A stretch of DNA of 64,000 nucleotides from Octopus bimaculoides (lineage: Eukaryota): assembly GCF_001194135.2 (NCBI RefSeq), contig NC_068984.1, forward strand, positions 34,134,271 to 34,198,270, in the 5' to 3' direction. Positions 63,289-64,000 of the stretch are shown piece after piece. Within the stretch, counting starts at the first letter, position 1. Each line of letters starts with the position of its first letter. Under the pieces are notes generated by a model. The model did not search any database, had not been told where the DNA came from, and was given only the letters and a program-made list of their open reading frames with translations. The position numbers and the translations under genes were made by a program.

Positions 63289-63352
63289 TATATATATATG
63301 TATGTATGTCTGTATGTATGTCTGTATGTATGTATGTATGTATGTATGTATG

Positions 63353-63411
<59 letters not shown>

Positions 63412-63480
63412 GAGTGAATGGACATACAAAAGAAGGCAACTCAACGTATTTATTGGGAGCCACATGTATTGATATGAAAG

Positions 63481-63613
63481 CAGTTTGATTCAAATTCCTT
63501 GATACTCCAAGTTTCAAAACATGATACCAATCTTCAGCCATTGGAGATTTGAATAGCAGAGGAATAGCATCACACTTTGAAACTTGGAGTATCAAGAAAT
63601 TTGAGTCAAACTG
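63481..63613. repeat. 38-bp inverted repeat (2 mismatches), 57-bp spacer
   Basis: cagtttgattcaaattccttgatactccaagtttcaaa (63481-63518) vs tttgaaacttggagtatcaagaaatttgagtcaaactg (63576-63613). Confidence 0.88.
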
Positions 63614-63621
63614 TTTTGATC

Positions 63622-64000
63622 CTTGCCAATGTTCTGCACCGTGAGGACCAAAGACTCGAGGTATTTCGTGTTGCAAGACAGTGTAGGAGAGAGAATAGTG
63701 ATGTCGTAGGAGAGAAATGTGTTCGCATGGATGATGGTACGCTTGCACTAAATGAAGCTGCAAAGAAAGAGGTCTGGAGATGCCACTACGATAGATTGCT
63801 TAATAAAGAGAATGAATGGGAGAAAGAGAGGCTGCCGTATGTCGACCCAACAGAGGGACCAGCTATCCGAGTTGATAGTACCAGGGTAGATAAAGCAATT
63901 AAGAGTATGAAGACAGGGAAAGCCCCCAGCCCATCAGGAATCACTGCAGAGATGCTCAAAATATATGGCAGTGTTGGCTACAGCCTAGTCACCCGTATTA
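63622..64000 (+). mobile_element. RTE LINE ORF2, linker to start of the RT domain; open to window end
   Basis: 126 stop-free codons: ANVLHREDQRLEVFRVARQCRRENSDVVGEKCVRMDDGTLALNEAAKKEVWRCHYDRLLNKENEW..VDKAIKSMKTGKAPSPSGITAEMLK..; KAPxPxGIxAEMLK is the RT-proximal motif. Confidence 0.9.

Overview
AT-rich, microsatellite-dense animal DNA from a gapped short-read assembly. The repeat families and style suggest a coleoid cephalopod (Octopus-like); this is inference. Almost the whole window looks like intron of one minus-strand immunoglobulin-superfamily gene. A clean 288-bp phase 1-1 exon (35859-36146) encodes a lachesin/DIP (IgLON-type) Ig domain. A likely next exon (53-202, 150 bp, phase 1-1) lies about 35.7 kb downstream and joins in frame. 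The upstream Ig exons were not found. The rest is a layered transposon landscape. It holds at least three RTE-type LINE families (APE, RT-proximal, PHD-finger, C-terminal and tandem C2H2 fragments, plus many 3' tails), a Penelope GIY-YIG remnant, an RLE-type LINE remnant, a CR1/L2 3' end and several tRNA-headed SINE families. It also holds a 228-bp mariner derivative, a probable solo LTR nested in an RTE, and several long hairpins. Nearly all ORF-track entries are microsatellite, gap or antisense artefacts. I found no prokaryote-type system such as CRISPR, and nothing I can show to be a new biological system. The best leads are the hidden exon, the zinc-finger and PHD LINE modules, the hairpin-array LINE 3' UTR and the intronic hairpins or inverted SINEs.
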